The position numbers were made by a program, and so were the translations under genes. The notes under the pieces were generated by a model, which ran no database searches, was not told the DNA's origin, and was given only the letters and a program-made list of their open reading frames with translations. Shown here piece after piece: positions 40,901 through 54,270 of a DNA stretch of 64,000 bases. The stretch lies in contig NW_002060957.1 in assembly GCF_000150275.1 (NCBI RefSeq), positions 1 through 64,000 on the forward strand, in the 5' to 3' direction. Position 1 is the first letter of the stretch; every line of letters begins with the position of its first letter. The stretch is from Trichoplax adhaerens (Eukaryota; Animalia; Placozoa).

Positions 40901-41728
40901 GATAATGTCGTTAAACGGCAAGCATATCATGGCTGTTGCTTGCGGAGAATGTTATACTATCGCGGTAGCTGGTGATGATGTTTGGTCATGGGGCCTTGGT
41001 GGCAATGGCGAATTAGGCTATGGAGTCGAAATGCCATCATACTATATGCCTACAAAAATTGAAGCCCTCTTCTTTAAAGGTATAACAAATGTTGCTTGCG
41101 GCTATGCAACATCTTTTGCAGTGAGTGCGAATGGGAAGGTTTGGGCATGGTACGTTATCTATTAACCAGATCTAACCATAATTGCAGTCAATCCTGTTTT
41201 ATTTAGACGTTAGCGTTCGCCTACTTTATCAAGAAAGAAAGAATATAAGTTCAACATGACAGAACAGTACTTTATTTCATTTTTTGCAGGGGTTCTGGCG
41301 ATCGTTTTAGGCTAGGACTTGGAAATGAAAAAGTAATTGTAAAGCCTAGGGAAATTCAAGGTGATTTAAAGGGTAAAAAAATCAAAAGAGTAGTGGCTAG
41401 CTTGTTCCATGCGTTGGCTATAGATGAAAATGGACAGGTAAATCAACTATGTTATATCATGACAGAAACACAAAAGCTTTAATTTGCTATCAGAATGCAT
41501 GCGGAAATAAAATAAATCTCGAATACCTCATCCGTCTACTAACATTTCTTATCGTTTAATTTCTACCTAACTTTTGCTATATAGGTTTACATTTGGGGTA
41601 GTCAAGAAATTGGGCCGGTAGGAAATGATGAAGATGCGGTTAATAAACAACCCAAGAGCTTTAATTTGGTCAATAAGAAAATGTCTAATATAGCTTGTGG
41701 TAATGAAATCTCGATTGCCTGGACATAA
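37945..41728 (+). CDS. Putative CARD-like death-fold + RCC1-like (HERC2 RLD-type) beta-propeller protein, ~487 aa, 7 exons
   Basis: Exons: 37945-38287, 39528-39613, 40114-40430, 40601-40778, 40902-41149, 41290-41437, 41585-41728. All introns are GT-AG, all phases are compatible, and the total is 1464 nt with no internal stop. Exons 2-7 carry RCC1 motifs ([66 protein letters not shown]..SIAWT*). Exon 1 has a CARD-like helix pattern. The RCC1 part is certain; the exon 1-2 join is predicted. Confidence 0.75.
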
Positions 41729-44700
41729 AGCTTGTTACAGCTCTATAAAATACACACATTTGCCACTTAGTGTTAAAATATGAGTATTTTGCGGATAAAG
41801 CTTGAAAATAAGAAGTAAATATTAACAGTATATTGGTATTTGTTTAGAAATAACACCAAATATGCGTTAGTAAAAATGATCTCATAATAATTAAGTATTA
41901 CAAATCTAACAAGAAGCAACAGCAGTGCATGTTGAGCTATGCAGCGACTGCTAGTGTAATATTTTTTACCAGAGATGATAAGGAAAAGCATTATCATGTA
42001 GCTGTTAGAATTCCCAGCAAGGTAAACAGCCATCGAACATGAAAATTTTATATTGATATTTAATTGCATTCGTTCCTTCTACGTCAGAGATATTTATTAT
42101 ACAGCCTATCGGATGCTTCAGCACTCAGGCTAGCCCAGATAGAGCTATAGCCACTTTTGTTGTTAGAAGCTTATAGATATTAACATATTTTAAGCTGCCT
42201 TACCTTGTCTTAGCTCAGAAAATAAATTTTGACTCAACACATAACAGGTTTTAGTACTACAAAAATTTGTCATCAAGACGCACTGCTTCTTTAGTGTATA
42301 TCTTACTGAAGGTTTTCACTATAGCTATAAGTATAGCTTAGTTAAATATAGGAAATGAAAAATATGCAAAGTTTTTCTACTGTACTCGAGCGAATTGTTT
42401 GCACCTTCATTGCTTACGTACTGTATGTGAAATTATTGCGAACAATAACCCTATCAACCCTTAAGCAATGGCAATTAGCTAAATTTTTCCTTGCAGTGGC
42501 TCTTTTATTGCGCTGTATTTAATAAAAAGCGACAGATTATATCTTAAAATTAATTTGGAGATGTTTAGATAATCATAGGTTTGCGTTGCAGCAAAACAAG
42601 TAAAACAAAAGGCGGTGCTGTTGTAATTTTCAATTTCATTAGGATGCAACATTGCACCGTGGACAATGTACATGTTACTTCCAACAACATTCTTATATGT
42701 ACTCTACTTAATTTTTTTTGGCAATAAATTTACTGGTCAAGCGGTATCACTCATACTTTAGTTAACCAAAACCATTACACCTGACATAATATCAATACTC
42801 AATTTTCACTTACTACTATAAACACAAATAATGTGTTACCCAACGACTAAAGTATCACGTTGGCAATATTATTTTGTAACACAGCAGTTTGCGAGTATCA
42901 GTTGATAGAACTACAGATTAACAATCTAAACATACGAATTACTTAACTTTATCATCAGCCATGAAAAGTAGGCAAAGTAGCAACAAATTAATGGATAATT
43001 CTATCATTAATTAACCACACAATGAAAAGGTTATGAATTAAAGGTTGCACTATATTTCTAGTGTACTGCTAGCTAGTTAAGCTGCCATTGGAGAATAATT
43101 CATGTATTAGGTAACATCTATTTGCTTAACATTGCTAAGATATTGAAGCATTTGAGTAATATTAACGAATACAAGGTAGTATTACAGAAAGGACACTTCT
43201 TAACTATAATCCTACATAATTTGCAGGAAACATTACTTTGAAAAAAGCGATATTAAATAAATCATGACTTAGACATAACAAGATAGTCCATGACAAAGGA
43301 TTAATCACCAAAAAAACTGTATAATATGGTAAATACTTGATTTACATTAATCAATTTGTATGACCAATTCAGGAAGGGGTTCGATAGTAGTACTTCTGTT
43401 AATGCAAAAAATAATCGCATTGATTTCAAACTGTTGTATAAAGGACAGCTGATGTGATAAAAGTTTATGAAAATTTTTGCATATCTAATTAACGCAGTAT
43501 ACTTTCAAAATTACAGCAACAGCAGTACGATTGTAGCTATCAGGCTACCTACTAATCGATAGACCCTGTACAGTAATGTAGTACTCGTTCAGTACGAAGG
43601 TGATACCGCTAATGGGTAAGCAGAAGTATAAAAAAACAAGCAAGTAAAGCGTATCTTTCACAAATTAACCAATTTTTTTTAACACAACGAATCTATTTCA
43701 AACTGTGATACGTCAGATTTTGTAGCAACAATGGAAACTTGTAGACTGGAATAGGTTTCATAACAGTGAATAGCCATTCATGATACATTCGAGTGTATCA
43801 TGTAGCTGAGAATCAGCCTACAAACTTTATACACAGACACTGCTTTATCTTAGCGCTACGATACTAAAAATTAGGATATTAAAAATGGTCAATTTATAAA
43901 TAAAAAGTCGCTCCTACCACTGCATTGCCAATATCCTGCAGAAAGTCGTGATAAATACTTTATGTTAATAATATAAATAGATTGCAGCAATACTAGTGGC
44001 TAACCATTAATTGAAATTGGCCATACCAATCATGGTACTGTACAATAGGAGAGAGGGTTCAATCATTCGTTACGTTATCACTACCATCTTATTCCTCATC
44101 TACTATAGAGTAACTTAAAAATATGCCATGCGATCAAAATTTTACTTGTTTTAATGTCATGGCATGCAATACGTCTTCTGGCTTGACTGCAATTAACGAT
44201 TTAGCATAAACATGTAGATATCAATATCATTAGGAACTACACACCATAACTGTAGAGATCACTTTGTGACCAAATTTGATACCATATTCTTTCCAATATT
44301 GACAGTTTCAACCTAGCCGTAACTTGATATCTCTACAAATGTGACGGTAACATCATCACAAGCAATTTCCGTTAACGAAAATTTGGTGTAGGCTTAATTG
44401 CCAGATGCTTTGAGCTCCTATAACGCTCCATTTCGTACTCATCGTCACTTGATCGTAGCAATTCTAGCAAATCGTTTCTTGTATATTTTGATCTATTAGT
44501 CAATCGCTAGCGATTAGTAGAAAGGTCCACAAGGTTGATAGAAGTTATACAACGTATCAGTTATCATTGACAACGTGATAAAAGTGATAGTATCGTCCAA
44601 AAACGGATGTTGCTATAATGCTGTAGTGGCATGAGTCAGCGTAGTTTTAATCATCAGTTCGCAAAGGTATCCATTCGATTACCTTCCATTCTGATTAGCA

Positions 44701-45197
44701 CCAAGAGAAACGTGAAATGAACGAAATATACCTCCTCCATTAAGACATCACTATTGATAACATCAGGAGTATTTTAATATTAGATTTGCTAGGACGATAA
44801 GGATGACGTTAACTTAAGCTAACTTTTAACCAATGCGGTTGCCAACTTTAAGTACGTATCAAGTATCAAATAGAGCACCAAGGACCCCTTCGACAGTTGC
44901 TAGATTATGCAAAGCCATTCTTTTGCGTCGAGTACTGCAGGATTAAACTTTTTAGCTTTGACGAAATTTTCTCATCTATTTCTTATAAAAATATCACTTT
45001 TAAATTACTCTTTATCCAAGCCTTTTATTTGAGCTTATCGTATTGTATTTCAATAATTTCAATCGTAACTAACTCCTTTGATATTAAGATGTCCATCTGG
45101 TAGGAAATTAAATCGTCGTCATTATATACAAAAATTCAGTAGCAAAAATTACTAGAACCATTTACGTCGTATTACCTACCGCTGACGTTCGTTGGAG

Positions 45198-46394
<1,197 letters not shown>

Positions 46395-47431
46395 CTAGAG
46401 CAAGATTGCAAATGGAAGCAATTTTGGGGGGTGTCGTCCAATTTTACAATAATCAATCGATCAGATTGGCCAGTAGATTATTAGGATGACGATGGATACA
46501 GGCGACCGGCAATAAAGACTTGATCAATCAAACGAATGATTTCGATTGTACAGGAGCTACCTAGGGTGTAACTATAATAAACTTTGTCTGGCCTACCTTT
46601 TATCTCTGTCCAAAAAATAGGAAAAGGATAAACTGTCACACAGTTTCAATCTTGTACTCGCTACAGGTATAATGTCAGAAATAATCATCTAGTTTTTTAC
46701 CTCTCGTTCTATCGATTCAATCGTACAATGATGTCAACTTGGATGCGATGTCAACGGCTACCGATGAATCGGTCAACCCATGCAATCTATAGGAAGAAAA
46801 GAAAAGATAAACTACTGTTGCTCTCGGCTAATCACTACCTATCCCAACGTTTTCAGTTAATAATTCATGAAGAATGTCTCATCAACGCACACTTACACAA
46901 AAAACAGAAAAAGAAAAGTTTGCAAATTTTAAATGACTCAGGGTTGAAATAGATCAGACTCGGAAGCTTGATGCCAAGCGCTTAATAACTTGAATACCGT
47001 TATTTGGAAATTATCGAAGCTAAAATAGCTGGACTTTCCTTTTGCGCGCTGAAGGAGAGGGAGGAGCTCCTTTTCCTAATTGCCTCTCTTGCTGCTTTCT
47101 TTCCGCAACGTTACCAGGCCGCTTGAAAAAGCTCCATTCCCCGCCTACATAAGCTAAAACAACCAATCTTACTTGCCGAAGCTAGTCCAATCAATTCTAA
47201 CGGAACTCAACAAATCAATCGCTCGATGATGCCAAGCTAAATACAGCTAAAATGGCAGAAAAGCTGAACAGGATCGCAATGATTGATTCCAGCGCCAACT
47301 GTGTGTTAACCAAAAAGGGATAGTGTTGTTACAAGAAAAAAGTGCTCAGCCTCTAGCAGGGACACGTTGCTTGTGGATAGGCTACAGTATTGGATTGGAG
47401 AGTAGTTTGGGTGGCGTCGCCCTTTCTTTCA

Positions 47432-48118
47432 CTAAACTACAAGTCGGGGTTGTGCGGTACGATACGCTGAGCCCATGGTCAAGGCGGTCCAGTACTCTAC
47501 TCTACAGTACACTGTGCACTACGACAAGTCTGGGTTGTGCGGTACGATACGCTGAGCCCATGGTCAAGGCGGTCCAGTACTCTACTCTACAGTACATTGT
47601 GCACTACGACAAGTCTGGGTTGTGCGGTACGATACGCTGAGCCCATGGTCAAGGCGGTCCAGTACTCTACTCTACAGTACATTGTGCACTACGACAAGTC
47701 TGGGTTGTGCGGTACGATACGCTGAGCCCATGGTCAAGGTGGTCCAGTACTCTACTCTACAGTCTACACTCTACAGTACATTGTGCACTACGACAACTGG
47801 GGGTTGTGCGGCACGATACGATGAGCCCATGGTCATGGTGTTCCATTATTTTAGTGTACTCTACGGTACGGTGAGCCCATGGTCAAGGTGGTCCAGTACT
47901 CTACTCTACAGTCTACACTCTACAGTACATTGTGCACTACGACAACTGGGGGTTGTGCGGCACGATACGATGAGCCCATGGTCATGGTGTTCCATTATTT
48001 TAGTATACTCTACTCTACTGCGTGCACTACGATACGGTGAGCCCATGGTCAAGGTGGTCCAGTACTCTACTCTACACTCTACAGTACAGTACATCGGTAC
48101 GATACGGTGAGCCCATGA
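47432..48118. repeat. GC-rich 85-bp minisatellite with derived composite units
   Basis: CACTACGACAA starts at 47517, 47602, 47687 (period 85), 47786 (99) and 47935 (149). The core TGAGCCCATG recurs about 9 times. Confidence 0.97.
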
Positions 48119-49301
48119 GCTAGTGGGAGAAAACCAGCGGATTCTACAGTACTGTACTGTAAATCACACCTTGCTGTACCGTACAGTATATATTACTGTA
48201 GTTCACGACTGGACACTGTAGAAATGGAGCTGATTTCAGCAAGGATTTGTAACGCTTTCAGTAGTCTTACAGTATATCCAACCTATCCTATGCCGGGCTA
48301 TGCCCAGGTAGAGCCAAATGAAGGCATCGTAGACTATCGTTTTTCAATTTTTCGAGCTGCAGTGTTAAATAATAATAACTGTACAGAGACAACAAAAAAA
48401 TAAAATAATGTCACTCATGGCAATCTACCGCGTTACCATAGACGGTACGCTAGAGTACTGGCATTATTTTTGCCAGCGATTAGTCCAATCTGATTCTCTC
48501 TCTTTTAGCTGTAGTCCTTCGATCAGGGACTATCAAGAACGAGGGAGGGCCGGTCAGAGCCAAAAATGACTTTGCATTTATTCTTTCTTTCTTATTAATG
48601 GTCCTTCCTTCTACAGTACAGTATTGTACTACTTGATCACTGAAAGCGTCGGCAACAGTGCACGGTTGCAGACATACTGTACAGTACTGTACAATTGAAA
48701 TGGCCGCAAAATACTCGGCCTGTCTCTTCCAAGTCAACAAGACCACTAAAAAGAGAAAAAATTTCTTATTCGCATAGATCAATCACAGCGATTTCTTTCC
48801 AAATCGATTCTACCATGCTACAAAGAAGAAACTCCAAGGTTGTTTACATAGGGTACAGTATCAAAAAATGAACAACCACGGGGTCGCAGCCTCTGGCCTT
48901 CTACAGTCTACAGTGTACAGTATATGACAGTACGTACAGTACTGTGCACTATAGAATCAACAGTATGCAGTAGTCTAGTACTACTGGATAGAACAGTATG
49001 GATAGTCACATTAATGCTCCGGTCGACACTACAGCCACGATGTGATTTACAGGCAAAGATCTTGACAAATCTGCATGATATTAACCTGGTTTGAACATAC
49101 TGTACTTTTTGCACGGTCTGCGCACGCTTTAACACACTGAGTCTGCTCACCAATGTTCAAGTCCATTAAGTTGATTCAACGCAGACCGCAGACTGCGACT
49201 GGTCATTCGCCCCAGACATACAGTAGGCTGCGGCAGTAAAAAGAAGTTCATACTTGAAGGGATAATTTGCTACGGGAAGATTGCAAATGTACCTCATATT
49301 T

Positions 49302-49351
49302 NNNNNNNNNNNNNNNNNNNNNNNNNNNNNNNNNNNNNNNNNNNNNNNNNN
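49302..49351. other. Assembly gap (50 N)
   Basis: Run of N directly abutting a tandem repeat. Confidence 0.99.
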
Positions 49352-49717
49352 AATGAGCAAGTCTTCGCGAAATAAATATTCTATTTAAGTTAATGATTGC
49401 AGCATAGTAAAGCTGAAATCTTCTCCAAAATTGTTGGCGTGTAATGCAATTCGTGATAAACTTCCAAATGAGCAAAGTCTTCGCGAAATAAATATTCTAT
49501 TTAAGTTAATGATTGCAGCGTAGTAAAGCTGAAATCTTCTCAAAAATTGTTGGCGTGTAATGCAATTCGTGATAAACTTCCAAATGAGCAAAGTCTTCGC
49601 GAAATAAATATTCTATTTAAGTTAATGATTGCAGCGTAGTAAAGCTGAAATCTTCTCAAAAATTGTTGGCGTGTAATGCAATTTGTGATAAACTTCCAAA
49701 TAAGCAAAGTCTTCGCG
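49352..49717. repeat. 116-bp tandem repeat, at least 3 near-identical copies, running into the gap
   Basis: AAATGAGCAAAGTCTTCGCGA at ~49352, 49466, 49582 and 49698. Confidence 0.97.
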
Positions 49718-52153
49718 ATTCCAATATTGGGCAGTTTACCAGCGTATAGAATCTAGTTATACATGTTGGCATCATTGCGTCATTTTACTTAGACCTACAG
49801 TAAGTAGCAAAATTTTCTACTCTTACCTGTACCGCACCACGTGCATGAACTGAATGAACATGTAGATGCACTATTTTGGATGGCACTGGTTGGCCATACG
49901 AATAGAAGTTAAAATAGAGAGATCGAGGCCTATATAGTTACACAAAAAAGTTCCTAAATTTTCAATTCGATAATGCTGTGAAGGCTAGGATAATATAGAC
50001 GTAGAATGATCACCGTAGTTTAGGATAGTTCGCATTTATAATTATAAGAGTTACGCTGTAAATTGGAAAATAAAATGTTACCTGGTCATCTCTTTGTAGT
50101 GTGTCATCGATCGGCTTTGCAAGTACCGTCCATCTTAGAAATCTTCTACCTACCTTCTGATAGAAATACTTCACACAGAACTGCATACTGCAAGCGAGAG
50201 CTGTAGTGCAAAAAAATTTGCAATTCTCAATTTATATTGTCTTACAGCGACTAGCGTAATTTATGTGTACAATGATCGCAGCAATATGGGATCATTCGTA
50301 ATACTTCCCATTATAATTATAAGAGATATGCTATAAATTATAAAATAGATGTTAGTCATTCCTTCTACTGTACGTATTATGTCAATGATTAGCTTTGCGA
50401 TATATAGGATCCTTTATGATTCACCCAATCCTTATCCACAGTTCTGAAAATTTTTGAGCCTTCCACCTATACCCTACAGTATGTTGCAAATCGGAACTAG
50501 AGCGGGGGTAACAGATTCAACCTTAAATTGCACTCTACGAAAGATAGCATTAATTTTAGTATAGATGCATTACGCTTCAGATCTGATGAAAGTTACAAAT
50601 TAGATCTCTAAAAGAGTTTTATTTGCTTCTAAAAGTTGCCAAAGCAGAAAGCTCTGCAAGAGAAAAGCCTATGATAATTTACACCTATCATAAAATATGG
50701 TTACTCTTAAATTTTATTACAAACATGCAACAATAGTAACTTCCTCACAAGTTAAAATTTCAAGTATGATGGCTTCACAATATTGAATTTCTATATATAA
50801 ATTTACTGTTTTATACATTTTTAGACCAAATTATTCAAACTGACGAAAAGTTACAATTTTTTAAGCAGTCAAGTTAGTATTTCGATGAGAAATTGTCCAA
50901 TTACTTGTTCTCCATTGATCATAAACTACGTTAAAGTTAGCTTTGCCATGGATGGAATCAAGCGAGGGATAACTTTGGACTTTATTTGATATGGTCGATG
51001 TCGGATCAAGGTTCAGTAGCTAGATGTTAAAATATGATATAATGGTTCAATCAAAATTTGTACATCAACACCATTCCTAGATTATATTTACATATACTGT
51101 GTTATTTACAAGCAGTAATAAACTGTCTACATCAGCTAGATCAGACTGTAAGGAATAATGATGGCTATGATAGTCCGCAATCATGCTTATAGTAGGTACA
51201 CATTAATCTTGCGAAATGATCAATGGTCTGGATGACTGGATCAATTAAATCAGGTTACAAACGATGATAATCGCTAGCGCATATCTGAATAACAGTATTG
51301 TAACGTGCGTTTACACTACACGGTTTATTTTCATCTGAATCTTTTTTAAGGCCTTTGCATACACTACACCTTAAATCATGTTCAAATTGAATAAAATAAG
51401 AGCAAGACTGTAGTAGATGTATTTGAGAACTCATAAGAAAATTTGAACTAAATACTGAAGTACATCATGCATAAATGAAATGGGCTAATGTACAGTATAA
51501 TTATAAGATGCAAAGACAGAATACTACTCTTGTCCAAGTTGCGATAATGGCGTCAATGCCTATCATACGGTAGAAGATAGTTGTCAAATTCCCGTAATGC
51601 TTTTCTCAACATCATTTAAGATTGTTTTTTATTTACGAATGATATACAAATAGAACACCCGACTAACAACTTATTTCACGAGGTAGGCGAGTAACAAAAT
51701 TATATTAGGTTGATTGCTCAAGATTGCTCATTTTGCCAAAAAATGTTAAACTATCTTGTATTATGCATCAATTTAGATACGCATATTGTGCAACGGAATA
51801 GATAAAATGCATCTTTTCGCTTTTTAATTTCTACAGGAAATCAATGTAAAAGGTAATAGTCTGTCTCAAGTTATTATAGTTAAATAACAAAGCTGAGCTT
51901 TCTTTTTGTGGCTATTAAATTATAAAATTTAAAATGAAAGGCAAAATAACTCAATATAGAAATACAATAATAACTCAATTGAAAGAATAACTTAACAGAA
52001 TCAATTTAGCAGCGCTGAATCAAACTATTATAATATAAGTACAAGGTATTGTCTACGTAACTTGATTTTTGCTAAAGGGTAGTATTTCTCAAGCTCTAAT
52101 TATAATATTATATTCTTATGTGTTTAGCCTGATACAGTGAGATAGTCTATTCA

Positions 52154-53521
52154 TTATGATGATGAGTCAATCACTGCTACCCTTTCTTCTACCTATTAAG
52201 GTATCAGGCCTTTTAAATGATTTTAATCAGAATATAAGCTAATCATTTATTTCTTACTATTTGCTTTAGCTTATCCAATAGCAATTGCCATTCTTCATAA
52301 TCTGCTTGTGTAAAAGGCTGTAACAAAAAGCGTATTTTATGACACAAGTAACTCGCATTTCATTTAATAACAAAGACTATAACTGGGCATCTGCCACTTA
52401 GAAAGAGCTTCTACAAAATTTTGCGAATTATATTGCATCTATCTAGTAGCTAGAGTCAAAAGCCGAACAAACCCGTTTTGAGTTCCTAGCATGCTCATAT
52501 TTTACAGCGATGGCTCGACATAAATGGCCACGATTTTTGAAGGCTTTTTTATAAGTACTGGCTAACAAGTAAATATGAGCGGAGATTCTATCACCCCATG
52601 GTCTAGCTACTCTTCTGTTATGCTTCAGTAAATGCTGATCTTTACGATTGAAATGAATACTAAAAAATCAATTCTAAAGACAAACAATCATTACAAAAAT
52701 TATAGTATACTTTGCTTAAATTTTATCGAATTGCTGTCTAAGGAAATAATTATCTATAGCAACAATTGTACGAATTATTACTTTATTTCATGACCAGAAT
52801 TAACTTACTTAAAATGATTTCATCGTTTATTGCTTTTAGTCTATAACGATAGCCTATTGAATATAATAAACATAGTAGATTGTGATATCCTGCTCAATCA
52901 CAAGCATACAAAGTGATCTTTTTTAAAATATTTTAGAAAGCAAACAAGAATTTAGTGTGGATATTACCTTTAATCGAATCTGCATCTTCAAAGAATAAAG
53001 GTTCGCGACGTGTGGAAACAGTAACTGCTATGCCTAATTTATCGTTAATTTCAGCCTTAATGCTCTACAATTAAATGCAAAAGTTTCATTCACTGTATAT
53101 GAGCTTGTAATCCTCTCAATAGTTGTTGTAAGATGTTTATAATTTAAGATATTATACTATGCTGCTTCACACAAGTACCGGATATTATTAGATCAAACAA
53201 TAAAATAAATTCACTTACTTTTGATCCAGTATCTCCAACTATATCTATGGTTTTAATCCCTTGGCTGATTAATTTAGAACGTCCTCTAAGTCTTATTACC
53301 ATCATACATATGCCTATTGCAGCCTAAGATTTTTAAAATATACAGTATCGAGAATTATTTTACGTGACAGTAAAAGTTACTATTTTTTGTTGTGTGATAG
53401 TATATATTCAATAGCAAACCGTAATAATGACTGCCGCTAGGATAATTCTAAATCTAGCGTCTCCTAAAAATTCTAGATACTGTATAAATCTTTCAAAGTT
53501 TTCATCGGTATCCGAACTCAT
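52154..53521 (-). CDS. C1orf43/NICE-3 family protein, paralogue B (short)
   Basis: Spliced translation: MSSDTDENFERFIQYLEFLGDARFRIILAAVIIT|AAIGICMMVIRLRGRSKLISQGIKTIDIVGDTGSK|SIKAEINDKL..RREPLFF..|GYRYRLKAINDEIIL|NQHLL..ARPWGDRISAHI..VKYEHARNSKR|PFTQADYEEWQLLLDKLKQI. It has an N-terminal TM segment and YRxKA and YExAR motifs. The stop is either at 52243 or, through a small last exon, at 52154. Confidence 0.75.
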
Positions 53522-54270
53522 CACGTTTGTGGGAAAATTTTATGATGAAACTATAGCTATAGCAATAATGATTTCAAAGTAATCGCATCATAAGATCGGA
53601 AATTCCTTTATTTCTTATGCCTTGTAGTAATTGGTGGTTTTTCGAATATTACGTTTATATTTCTGAAATTTCTAACAATATCGTATAACGAATAGATGTG
53701 CTTGGCCAATCACGGATAACATATATTAATTAGTAACATATTGTACAGGGACATAATTAAATCTACTGGGATCAACAATAACTTATATTACATCCATCAG
53801 TAGTATCTGATGGCTCAATCGACACAGAATGGCCGCCTCTTACAGCTGAAAATTTGTAAGTAAACATAGCTGGCAATTTATAAACAGTACAAGCCCATTA
53901 TTTATGCTCTCTCGGTGAGCTAACTTTGTATGACTTATGAATGTTATCTAAAGCGATGAAATATATAAAATTGTATTTTACGAGCTCAGCACGCCTATAG
54001 ATAGTTGTTGCTAATATAATACATAATGTAATAATATCCGTTAATAAGTTGCTTTCTATTTCATTAAGAACATTACTTTAACCTATTGGCAAAGTAAAAC
54101 TTTTATATTTTTCACCAACTTTTACTATTACAATTTCGAGAAGCAAAATTTACAAAAGAACACTTAAATTACAGCCAGATCCAGCGATCTTTATCTATAC
54201 GTAATTTTCATAGTTATCTGTACAGTACAATAAAGTTCCATATAAATATCTATATAAAAAATTCTCATGC

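Noticed and set aside
39528-41728. Calling this gene HERC2 or RCC1 itself
   Set aside because: There is only one propeller, followed immediately by a stop. No HECT, DOC, ZZ or other HERC2 domains are present, and the motifs fit HERC RLDs better than RCC1 proper.
47323-48110. ORFs with repeated MRYDTLSPWSRR peptides
   Set aside because: These are translations of the 85-bp minisatellite. The period is not a multiple of 3, so the same peptides rotate through the frames.
49166-49591. ORFs over the gap and the 116-bp repeat
   Set aside because: They span Ns and tandem repeat sequence.
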